DNA from: a virus
Taxonomy: Duplodnaviria; Caudoviricetes
Strand: one strand, 5' to 3'
IMG/VR virus record: IMGVR_UViG_3300032328_000352
Coordinates: 1-47,561 of that record
Length of the DNA: 47,561 bases
A program made the translations under genes and the position numbers. The notes beneath the pieces are model-generated. The model ran no database searches. It was not told where the DNA came from and was given only the letters and a program-made list of their open reading frames with translations. Positions 38,701-46,083 of the stretch are shown piece by piece. Position 1 is the first letter of the stretch. Each line of letters starts with the position of its first letter.

Positions 38701-39039
38701 AACGCTCGCACCGACTGAGAAGGTAGTACTATGCGTACCCGGTGCCGTAGTCGCTGTGGCTCTGTTGGTTCCCGCAAAAATCGTACCAGTACCGGAGTAA
38801 GTCGTTCCGCCTATATTAGAAGTCGCACTTATCGTGGTAGTTTGAACTGTACCGGTTCCAGTGATCGTGGTCGCTGTTACAGTTGTAGGGCCTCCACCAG
38901 ATCCTGCCTCAGTCTGAATGTAGGTGCCAGTACCAGACTCAAGGAGGAGACCCCATCCACGTTCAATGAGGATAGCGTTAACAGCGGGACCAGTAGGTGT
39001 ACCTTCGTCAACTCCGGTAAGAAGAAGTAAGAGGCTCAT
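35755..39039 (-). CDS. Thr/Ser/Gly/Val-rich 22-aa repeat protein, putative fibre scaffold
   Basis: Roughly 45 degenerate 22-residue units (e.g. TTFSGTGAVQGTTILVSSSAAG / ATYSGTGTYFAPTNTASANTTT) with almost no charged residues. Confidence 0.8.
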   Translation of the reverse strand: MSLLLLLTGVDEGTPTGPAVNAILIERGWGLLLESGTGTYIQTEAGSGGGPTTVTATTITGTGTVQTTTISATSNIGGTTYSGTGTIFAGTNRATATTAPGTHSTTFSVGASVISASGTVVTNTYSGTGVVQAIAIRASGNVVGTTYAGTGTAQGVTLTTSGNVGGTTYAGTGTVNAAGTTASATVISSTYNGSGTTNGITISASGNVSTTTFSGTTTIYTPVISTSASTTVVAVTLGTTFVVYTPVISASGNTATTTATGTGTVYTALTSSSRVAGVTTFSGTGAVQGTTILVSSSAAGATYSGTGTYFAPTNTASANTTTSTLVGTGSFGTSVISASGRYVATTFSGTGTVYAPAITTALIITGTTFNGTGTVYAPTFNISGNVVGSTFVSTFSIPSPTFSISNRYTVTVVSGTGTVQNTTVVGTSNIAGATYTGIGTTNNISASSSATAVISTLNTTFVVYTPALVLGTFASPTVFVGTSTINGVVITAPGTVTGTTLATTGVVQSVTVRGASNISGSTYVGTTTVYSSTYATTANIAISAFIGTSSFGSSVGSGASNISVSTVNGSIVIYTPTISNTANAVAVASTIIGTGTINSISITASGNAAQIVFSASGVVQGTTVLASSNMAGLTLTGSGTVNASTQQVLGNAGTATVLGTGSFNAPTASISGNVVSTTVNTTTVVYSATYRTTGTVILTTHSATTSFGTTVVAASGNVSVSTVSSTGTVYTPAISYSRVAVTTTFNGIGTVYTPTFAITGTAVISTFAGTGTVYTPQLPGQGVVITFTVQGTGTINTPIIVSVPTFSVATISGTGSVNAAVARASGNAGSTTIAAAASINGATFSIPGNAVGSTVTGTSSISNSTFVVMSYATVSTINGTTSVPVPLVGSIIAVTGIVVSASGAVYTPSRTSTATSIATTFIGSSSIGAASLRTSGTTSAVLISAIGTVNTPNISGTVTLTALTVDAAGNVYNTTGKASGNVNTTTYTGSGAVNNAITSISVVSVPSTINATGIVNNVTIQFGQGLIVYPVTIDGFGSVYLPNIEKLFTGTTKVIPLSGTYTHLNSDKGTTISPELEILVSSRSVILSSFKKID

Positions 39040-39686
39040 CGGAGCCCCAGTGCTCTACCTTTAGTCGCTCGTGAAGCATTCGGTGCTACAGATGCTGATC
39101 CAACTGGGCCATATCTGGCCTTTTGCCATAAAGCGGTTGCAGCGTTCTGTGCTGCGCCGTTCATGCAGATCATAGTATTCAAAGTATTAGCGTTCCAAGT
39201 AGCTTCAGTAACATCAACATTCCAAGTGGAAGGTTCATTCTCTTGATTCTTCCAACAGCGAAATTTATGACTTGAACCATCGGCTATTAATCGCATATGA
39301 ACTATATCGTTAGCGTCTATAGGAAAGGCTGGGTTAGACATAAGCGTTGGGGAAAAGCCCGTGTACTTTTCGACAATAATAGCATCAAAGGAAGGTTCAA
39401 TAAGCGCTCTATAATAATTTCCGCTACCGTCTTGTCTATACTGAATTCCGATATAAGATTCGCCAATAACAGGCTCTATCTTAACGGAAACCAAAGCTTC
39501 AAAATTTGCCAAAGCAGTTTGGAACTGAGCATCTACTTCAAAGTAAGCTCCGGCTGTAGAAACAACCATGCGCCCTTGTTGATTTTGCACATCACAAGTT
39601 CCGCCATTGGCAAAAACAGTCCAGTAAGTAGATGGCCAAGAAGACCCATCCGCTAACCTAAAGTTTTCTTCATGGTTAAGAGCCAT
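39036..39686 (-). CDS. ConA/lectin-like beta-sandwich protein
   Basis: Start likely ATG 39686 (GAGG RBS). YIGIQYR..NYYRA..HMRL..FRCW..EPSTW is a ConA-like fibre-domain pattern. Confidence 0.55.
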   Translation of the reverse strand: MALNHEENFRLADGSSWPSTYWTVFANGGTCDVQNQQGRMVVSTAGAYFEVDAQFQTALANFEALVSVKIEPVIGESYIGIQYRQDGSGNYYRALIEPSFDAIIVEKYTGFSPTLMSNPAFPIDANDIVHMRLIADGSSHKFRCWKNQENEPSTWNVDVTEATWNANTLNTMICMNGAAQNAATALWQKARYGPVGSASVAPNASRATKGRALGLR

Positions 39687-39693
39687 GATGACC

Positions 39694-40686
39694 TCAGTAC
39701 TGTTGTATGGTAAGAGCAACTATGATGTCAGTAGTACCAGCATACTGCGCTGCTATGGTACCTCTTATCACTAAAACTCCGAATAAGTTTGCGGATCCTG
39801 AAGTTACGAACGGAACCGATACTGGACCACCAGAAATTTCACCTGTGCAAATAGCACCTGAAGCAGTAGTCCTATAGTCACCAGCAGTAAAATCAATAAC
39901 TCCACATAACTGAGCAGCTTCTAGGTTTGCGTCAGTAAGATCGAACGCAGCGTTATCAGTAGAGGCAAATGTGGGGCTGGCCTGAAAAAGCCAAAGCTCT
40001 AAGTTATTAAGTGCAGTAGAAGTTCTTGATGTTAGAACCGCATTAATTACTTGCCCTGATCGACCAGAAGCCAAAGCTGCTGAAGTAAAAGTAAGAAGTC
40101 CTCCTACTTGATCTCCTGCTGTATATCCAGAGGTTGCTATCGTAGGAGTTTGAGATAGTCTAACATGAGCTGGCTGAGGAACCATTCTTAGTGCCCCAGA
40201 GTTATCTGCTGTGGCAACTACATAGTCTCCATCAGCTGATACTTCAGTAATAGATGGCGCATCTCTACGTACAGCCATCATGGCTATTCCAACACCACCA
40301 GAACCTGCAGTAGCGTCGTCCGTTACAGGCAGACCCTCAACCCATACTCTAGCGGCACCGTTGCTGGTCATGCTAAATGGTATGTAATCACCAGTTGTAC
40401 CCGCTAATGCAGATCCTGAGTCATTTCTGATACCCAAGGCCATAACACCAACATCACCAGATGTATGAGGAGCGTCTTCTGCTTTTCCTAATTCAGTTGC
40501 GCCAGTACCAGGTATCACCCTAGTAACGTCGACATCCATACCATTGGTCGCATCAGCAGGAATTAAAGTGCCCGAACCATCAGCGGAAATAGCCTGCTTA
40601 AAGACTTGGATATGACCAACACCAACTACTTCATCCGTTATAATCGAAGTGCCTGATCCGGCTGTAATAGCAACGTTGTCGGGCAT
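39694..40686 (-). CDS. Hypothetical virion fibre/decoration protein
   Basis: 330 aa with an internal repeat (EDAPHTSGDVGVMALGIRND..GDY / DDATAGSGGVGIAMMAVRRD..GDY) and a beta-rich C-terminal domain. Confidence 0.6.
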   Translation of the reverse strand: MPDNVAITAGSGTSIITDEVVGVGHIQVFKQAISADGSGTLIPADATNGMDVDVTRVIPGTGATELGKAEDAPHTSGDVGVMALGIRNDSGSALAGTTGDYIPFSMTSNGAARVWVEGLPVTDDATAGSGGVGIAMMAVRRDAPSITEVSADGDYVVATADNSGALRMVPQPAHVRLSQTPTIATSGYTAGDQVGGLLTFTSAALASGRSGQVINAVLTSRTSTALNNLELWLFQASPTFASTDNAAFDLTDANLEAAQLCGVIDFTAGDYRTTASGAICTGEISGGPVSVPFVTSGSANLFGVLVIRGTIAAQYAGTTDIIVALTIQQY

Positions 40687-40689
40687 GAA

Positions 40690-42168
40690 TCACTCCCAAC
40701 CATAGTCGAGGAAGATCGCGTGGAAGATCGCTCCTGCTGATGGGGCGGTGCCCACTTTCTTCTTGGCGACGGCGATGAATTCGCCGGGGTTGACGTACAC
40801 CGGATTCTCGAATCGCTGCTCGATGCGAGAGAGCTGGACGAGCGCAGCGGCTGCGGAGGCAACAGCGTTGGTCCCCAGCACAATACGTCGAGGAGCCTTG
40901 GCAGCGGCGGCTTCACCAGTACCCAACGAGACAGCGGTGTGCCCGAAGGCCAGAGACCACACGGCGTTGTACCCGCCACCGGTCAGGGTGGTCGAGACGA
41001 AGGAGTCGATGGTGATGCCACGCACCACGAGTCGCTTGCCGAGGACCGCCGTGGTACCTGCCGGGACCTGATAGCTCATGATTATGCCGTCAGTGGTGAC
41101 CGCCAACGTGTCGGTCTCAATACACTGACCGCCGAGGCCGGAGATGAGGTTGGCCGTCAGCGTGGCGTTGGTCGGGACGGCTGCGGTGGGCAGCGACGAG
41201 TTGGCGTAGGTGGCAAGCGTACCCATCGTGCCGCCTGACAGGCCCTGGTACGAGCCATTCACACGGTTACCGACCTGAGCCAGCGTGTCACCCAGGGAGA
41301 GGCCACCCATGGTAATCGTGTAATCCGTGAGGATGGCACGACAAATCGCGCCAGCAGTACCGTTGTGAGCATGACGGATGGAGAACGGGAGGGTGGCCGA
41401 GCGGAACAACTGTGCGTCAGCAGCGGCTGCATCGAGCGAACCGAGACGGACGTTGTCGACCCAGAACTCGGCCTCTTTCTCGGTGACCGTGATGCAGTAC
41501 GAGTAGTTCGTGTTCGCCACTTGGTTGAAGGTGAACAGCGCCGTCTGGCGCTCGACACCGCTGTTGCAGGCCACACCACGGATGCCCGCAGCATCGAGGC
41601 GGAGGTAGATACCGTCGGTGGGGGCGTGTGAACCCGAACCGGGCTGGCGGAACAGGCCAACGTCCACGACCACGTTCGACGGAAGCGGGGTCACTACATC
41701 GGTCGCCAGGTTGAACTCGCAGTACACCGCCGTCGCAGCCACACCGACCGGGAACTCGGCGTAGGAGCGCTGGGCCGTACCGTGCGTACCCGCACCACCG
41801 GTCGTGACACCAGAGGCGTTGGTACGCGTGCCGCTCACCGTCCAGTCCATCGTCAGGGTGGCGGTGGTGTAGGCGAACTTGCCGGTGTTCTGGGCGGTGT
41901 AGATGAAGTTCTCGCGGTCGAGCCAGTTGTCGACGGCGATACGCATACGCCAGTCCTCGTCGACCTCGGGGCTCTTGACGTAGCGCGCTCCGGTGATCTC
42001 GCCGGGGTCGACCTCGCAGAACATGGCGACGGCTCCGGCGTTGTCCTCGCCACCACCGCGCAGGACACCAGTTGCGGTTCGTCCAACCAAGTTGACGAGC
42101 ATGGCTTTGCTGGTAGCGTCAACAGCCGCCCCACCTGTAACTCCTGATCCGTCCTCTAAAATAGGCAT
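40690..42168 (-). CDS. Putative fibre/receptor-binding protein with lectin-like domain, high GC
   Basis: 492 aa; DGIYLRL..YCITV..AEFWVDNV is a ConA-like pattern; GC clearly above the flanks. Confidence 0.65.
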   Translation of the reverse strand: MPILEDGSGVTGGAAVDATSKAMLVNLVGRTATGVLRGGGEDNAGAVAMFCEVDPGEITGARYVKSPEVDEDWRMRIAVDNWLDRENFIYTAQNTGKFAYTTATLTMDWTVSGTRTNASGVTTGGAGTHGTAQRSYAEFPVGVAATAVYCEFNLATDVVTPLPSNVVVDVGLFRQPGSGSHAPTDGIYLRLDAAGIRGVACNSGVERQTALFTFNQVANTNYSYCITVTEKEAEFWVDNVRLGSLDAAAADAQLFRSATLPFSIRHAHNGTAGAICRAILTDYTITMGGLSLGDTLAQVGNRVNGSYQGLSGGTMGTLATYANSSLPTAAVPTNATLTANLISGLGGQCIETDTLAVTTDGIIMSYQVPAGTTAVLGKRLVVRGITIDSFVSTTLTGGGYNAVWSLAFGHTAVSLGTGEAAAAKAPRRIVLGTNAVASAAAALVQLSRIEQRFENPVYVNPGEFIAVAKKKVGTAPSAGAIFHAIFLDYGWE

Positions 42169-42170
42169 AG

Positions 42171-42431
42171 TCAGCTTCCTCCAATATTCCGCATAATATG
42201 ATTCATAATTGCCTCAACGTTATCTTGGGCGACTTTAAAATTGTGAGTCTTTGAGTTAAAGACTGCCTCAGCAGCAGCTCGGTCGGCAGTGGCCTCGGCC
42301 AGCTCGGAAGCAGCAAGGCGAAACGCATCGACTGCAGTGAGGTAGTCAGGGACGTTGGGAGCCATCCAGTCCGGTACCTCGACCAGGCCAAGATCCGTAC
42401 CGTCTTCAAGCGTGATGTGTGCTACTGCCAT
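42171..42431 (-). CDS. Small hypothetical protein with helical C-terminus
   Basis: 86 aa, GGGAG RBS, fits the operon. Confidence 0.7.
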   Translation of the reverse strand: MAVAHITLEDGTDLGLVEVPDWMAPNVPDYLTAVDAFRLAASELAEATADRAAAEAVFNSKTHNFKVAQDNVEAIMNHIMRNIGGS

Positions 42432-42446
42432 GGTAATCTCCCGTTA

Positions 42447-42869
42447 CTATGTAGCGATCTTATATAAAACTTTTCTTCTGCCGCGAACATGACCGTTGAC
42501 TACGGTAGCCGCTAAAACAAAATCTCCAGTACCAGGTACTGTTGTAAACTGTATAACGTCCCATTCGAAGTCGTTACCAACTCGATTGGTAGCTGGCTTC
42601 CCAGAAGGCTGCACAACTATATTGAGAGTAGAACTAACAGCAGCGTCGGTAATGGTGAAGTTCTTACTCGAAACAGGGGTTGAACCGAAATCGATTTCGA
42701 CCTCGGTCCAACCCCCAACGGCAAGTGCTAATTCTGCTCTTGTGATTTTCTTATTAGTACCAGATCCAGCCATTGAGGTGTCTGATACGTCAACGACGAC
42801 AAACACATCACCACTAGCTGTATTAGCTCCGGTTATAGCTGTAAGGTCAGTAATCTTTGTATCAGGCAC
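42447..42869 (-). CDS. Small virion fibre-associated protein
   Basis: PDTKITDL..D.FVVVD...NKKIT N-terminal module common in phage fibre proteins; GTG start with GGAGG. Confidence 0.7.
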   Translation of the reverse strand: MPDTKITDLTAITGANTASGDVFVVVDVSDTSMAGSGTNKKITRAELALAVGGWTEVEIDFGSTPVSSKNFTITDAAVSSTLNIVVQPSGKPATNRVGNDFEWDVIQFTTVPGTGDFVLAATVVNGHVRGRRKVLYKIAT

Positions 42870-42890
42870 AATAGCCTCCCGCCATTAAGA

Positions 42891-43406
42891 TTACGCGATG
42901 TCTAGTCTGAAGATACCGTTAACGTCCCACTGGATGGTAAATGTACCGTTGGTCACCGAGAAAGCGGTACCGCCGAAGTAAACAGCTAAAAGACCTTGCT
43001 TGTTAGTTGCAAGCGCATCACCGTAGATCAAACCACCATAGATATTAGACATAGTTGCAGCAGCACCAGAAGCGCGGTCATCTGCGTCAAACATAACTAT
43101 ACCAGCACCGGGTCGAGTAACTGCGGGCGTAGTTAGAACGGGACCACCTTGAGCCCATTGACCTGTGTGATAAACCTGAGTAGTACCTGTTTGAGTACCT
43201 GTCGCCGTCCAAACGCCTGAGCCGTTATAGGAAACTGGAGCAGCTGTGGCTGCTTCGAAGTTCGGCGTAATAGAGTTGTCATAAAGTGCTACTTTAAGAT
43301 TGCTCGCTGCGTCTAGATCTAATGGGTTAGCGCCAGTGTTTGGAACAGCGCCAGTAAGTAGATCCATCATTGTTGAAGTGAACATGCCAGATGCTGTCCA
43401 TGCCAT
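42891..43406 (-). CDS. Conserved minor structural protein (putative fibre bead subunit)
   Basis: LKVALY..GG..L..MFDADD..LIY..FGG..VTNGTFTIQW..GIF is a motif set I recognise from small phage structural proteins; GGAGG RBS. Confidence 0.7.
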   Translation of the reverse strand: MAWTASGMFTSTMMDLLTGAVPNTGANPLDLDAASNLKVALYDNSITPNFEAATAAPVSYNGSGVWTATGTQTGTTQVYHTGQWAQGGPVLTTPAVTRPGAGIVMFDADDRASGAAATMSNIYGGLIYGDALATNKQGLLAVYFGGTAFSVTNGTFTIQWDVNGIFRLDIA

Positions 43407-43407
43407 A

Positions 43408-43653
43408 TTACTTTACCTCCCCTTTAATTTCAGCCGCTACCTCTACTGAAGATGGCTGAGTTGTGTCGTCTCCCACGGGGAGATTTGCTGATCTGTTTAC
43501 CATACGCCAAAACGTACGACGCTCTTGATAAGCGTGCTTTGCAGCATCCCAACGTTGTGGATCTTCGAATCTTGTCTCATACGCTGCATTGAATTCCTCT
43601 GTAACATCTTTGATATCATTGAGGAAATCGATCTGTGCTTGGATATCGCTCAT
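43408..43653 (-). CDS. Hypothetical protein
   Basis: 81 aa with ATGA overlap with the upstream gene. Confidence 0.7.
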   Translation of the reverse strand: MSDIQAQIDFLNDIKDVTEEFNAAYETRFEDPQRWDAAKHAYQERRTFWRMVNRSANLPVGDDTTQPSSVEVAAEIKGEVK

Positions 43654-43880
43654 TTCGGTTCAATATCTCCTGTTTTCTTGTTCATCACGAATCTTTGGGT
43701 TTCTGGATAAACTGTGCAGTCAACAGAACCGTTCCAATGTTCGGTTTGCTTTCCACCTAATTTTCCATTATCTTCACGCTTGATTTCGATCTCGCGTGAT
43801 GTTCCTGCGTGGCGACCAAAAACATATTGCCTTTCGCCCACACCGATCTTTTTCTGAAAGTCATTTTTCTTGTCAGACAT
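43650..43880 (-). CDS. Hypothetical protein
   Basis: 76 aa with GAGG RBS after an AT-rich intergenic gap. Confidence 0.7.
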   Translation of the reverse strand: MSDKKNDFQKKIGVGERQYVFGRHAGTSREIEIKREDNGKLGGKQTEHWNGSVDCTVYPETQRFVMNKKTGDIEPK

Positions 43881-43930
43881 ATCAACCTCAATAGTAAAGG
43901 AGTTTACCTATAATTATACAATATGGTGTT

Positions 43931-45778
43931 TTATATATACTGGTTAATACTTATTGCACCTGCGGGGGAGGGAGACACATATACGTTACGCGGCAACGAT
44001 GCATTACCAGCCGAGATTACATGCATCGAGTATCCACCAACCGGAACCGTTTGTGGTACATCGACTCTACAGGTTGAGGGACGACCTGGTTCGATTCCTC
44101 GATAGCTATACTCGGTCGTCGGACAGAAATAGACACGACCGTCTGTCTGCGATGTAAGACGAACGAGCGGATGATTACATTGAGATGAACGGTCGTCGCC
44201 CTGCGCCGTACCGACGTGAATACCGTGTAATTGCAGGCCTCCGAGGGTAAATCCTGACCCTGGAATCAAAACAGATGGAGTACCTGAATCAATTATTGGT
44301 CTAGCTGCTTCGTGTTGCGTTAACGGTGCTGATCGGAATGCAGCTCTATCAACGCCCCCGATCATCAGCTCCCCCGATGGACAGACAACCATCGGCGCAT
44401 CGTTGGTTGTAGATCCGATAAATGGTACCGTAGCACCCCATGTAGGAATTGATTGAACAATTACCTCTTCGGCCACCCAATTAGTTCCATCAAATATTGC
44501 AAGAAACTTACTTGCGTTTGATGATAAAGCCTTATGTCTATTTGCTCCGACAATCGTAGCGTGCGAACCATCAGGGAGAATCGCGCAAAATTGTTCAGCT
44601 CCTGCAGCAATAGGTATATTTTCCTTATATACATTTGCGCCTGTTACCACTGTATCAGTAGTTGGTCCATAGATTGCAGATGGAGATACTAGTTCTATGA
44701 CATCACCATTCACGCATGACCCCGTCGACCATGAAACACCGTTCTTCAACATAGACGTGGGCTCCACCCCTACGCATTTACCGCTACTGGTCGCAATAGA
44801 CCAACGATTCTCGCCTTGTCCTCCTACTAATGTCAACCCAGCTGTAGCCGTAAATCTGATCGTGCCCGACAATAATTGAGCGACAGTCTGACCATTATGT
44901 ATCGATGACAACGATCCCTCAGATGTAAATACGCCCGAGGGCATCGGCATAGTGGCTGACATTACTTCTATTGTCTGCGTCCCATGATCATACGCCCACA
45001 TCGTCCCGTCTCCACCTGCGACCTGAACGACCTTGCCAATCTTCGGCATGTAAATAGAGGGGCCGTGCTCGCGGTAGCCTCCGTTATTATCATGGAACGG
45101 CATAAGCATCCAGTGAGCGTGACCAATTGCCGAACGTTCCCAAACCCAGGAGCGCGGGTTTGTTGTCGGCCTAGTCAAGTTTACACTTGATAAGGCTCCG
45201 TCAGCCGCTGAGTGGATAAGCACGGGGACTAACCCAGCAGAGCCTGGGTCGCATAGCAGGGTTATTCTATCTCCATTCGGTAAGAGCGCCGGTCCTGCTT
45301 CTAACATCGTCCCACTGTTTAGACCAGATGAAGTGATGGCACCATTTGAGTAATAGCTGGCTTCGGAGCCGACTCTACACACCCGACCAACGTGTTCGAC
45401 CCATGATATTCCGCCAGCATCTTGGTGGTTATCAGGTGACGCGTGAGACTCGTCCCAAGTGTGAGTTTTCGGGTTGTAGACCTGGACCTTATCAGCCGCA
45501 GCACTGTCGTACTGGGGATGCCCACCCCATCTGGTAACCTTTCCATTGTCTTCTAAAATGAGCACTCCACCGGTATGACTATCCGTTGGATTCAAGTGTT
45601 TCTGAGTAGTTGCTCCTGTAATAATGGAGCCATCCTTATATGATCCAAATTCGTCCGGAGCCCATACTGATGAACCAGTCTTGTTAGTCAGTAAGATATT
45701 ACCGTCATTAAGTAGTTGCATTCCTTCATTGGGCAATCCGGTACCGAAAGTAGCGAGCACCGCCTGGGTATATGCCAT
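43931..45778 (-). CDS. Kelch/galactose-oxidase-like beta-propeller with C-terminal Ig-like domain
   Basis: Blade motifs LLNDGNIL, LEDNGKV..GG..VYNPKTHTW, LLPNGD, ILPDGS and VCPSGEL; C-terminal GLQLHG..GDD..NHPLVRLT..GRVYF..VP..G.YSMHVISAGNAS. Confidence 0.75.
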   Translation of the reverse strand: MAYTQAVLATFGTGLPNEGMQLLNDGNILLTNKTGSSVWAPDEFGSYKDGSIITGATTQKHLNPTDSHTGGVLILEDNGKVTRWGGHPQYDSAAADKVQVYNPKTHTWDESHASPDNHQDAGGISWVEHVGRVCRVGSEASYYSNGAITSSGLNSGTMLEAGPALLPNGDRITLLCDPGSAGLVPVLIHSAADGALSSVNLTRPTTNPRSWVWERSAIGHAHWMLMPFHDNNGGYREHGPSIYMPKIGKVVQVAGGDGTMWAYDHGTQTIEVMSATMPMPSGVFTSEGSLSSIHNGQTVAQLLSGTIRFTATAGLTLVGGQGENRWSIATSSGKCVGVEPTSMLKNGVSWSTGSCVNGDVIELVSPSAIYGPTTDTVVTGANVYKENIPIAAGAEQFCAILPDGSHATIVGANRHKALSSNASKFLAIFDGTNWVAEEVIVQSIPTWGATVPFIGSTTNDAPMVVCPSGELMIGGVDRAAFRSAPLTQHEAARPIIDSGTPSVLIPGSGFTLGGLQLHGIHVGTAQGDDRSSQCNHPLVRLTSQTDGRVYFCPTTEYSYRGIEPGRPSTCRVDVPQTVPVGGYSMHVISAGNASLPRNVYVSPSPAGAISINQYI

Positions 45779-45780
45779 AT

Positions 45781-46059
45781 TCAGTTACCCCCAAACAGAC
45801 CAGAAGCACGACATTCGCGTAATTTGATAGCAAGGGGTTCACCGACCATAACCTTAAATTCATGCAGCTCTTCTACGGTTTCTGCTTCAGTAAGTGTCTC
45901 AGGTTCGAATAACAATCTGTATGCGCACGCTACAGCAACTTCGAGTCGATGTCTGTATCCGCCTGGATCGCGCCGATCAAGTTCGAGAAGTTGAGTGCGG
46001 ATTGCGGCCCACTCTGATTCGGTAAAAGTAACTGATCCATCGATGTTCGTAATGGCCAT
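45781..46059 (-). CDS. Hypothetical protein
   Basis: 92 aa with AGGAGG RBS. Confidence 0.75.
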   Translation of the reverse strand: MAITNIDGSVTFTESEWAAIRTQLLELDRRDPGGYRHRLEVAVACAYRLLFEPETLTEAETVEELHEFKVMVGEPLAIKLRECRASGLFGGN

Positions 46060-46083
46060 AATCAGCCTCCTTCAGAAATGTTA

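Noticed and set aside
35755-39039. Repeat region as a CRISPR array, DNA tandem repeat or DGR target
   Set aside because: The periodicity is at protein level only; there are no identical nucleotide repeats and no reverse transcriptase in the window.
40690-42430. High-GC segment as an insertion sequence
   Set aside because: No transposase, terminal repeats or target duplication; the genes are in frame with the operon.
43905-43945. Canonical sigma70 promoter at TATAAT (43913-43918)
   Set aside because: No matching -35 at 17 bp and no TGn extension; the region is AT-rich, so the match may be chance.
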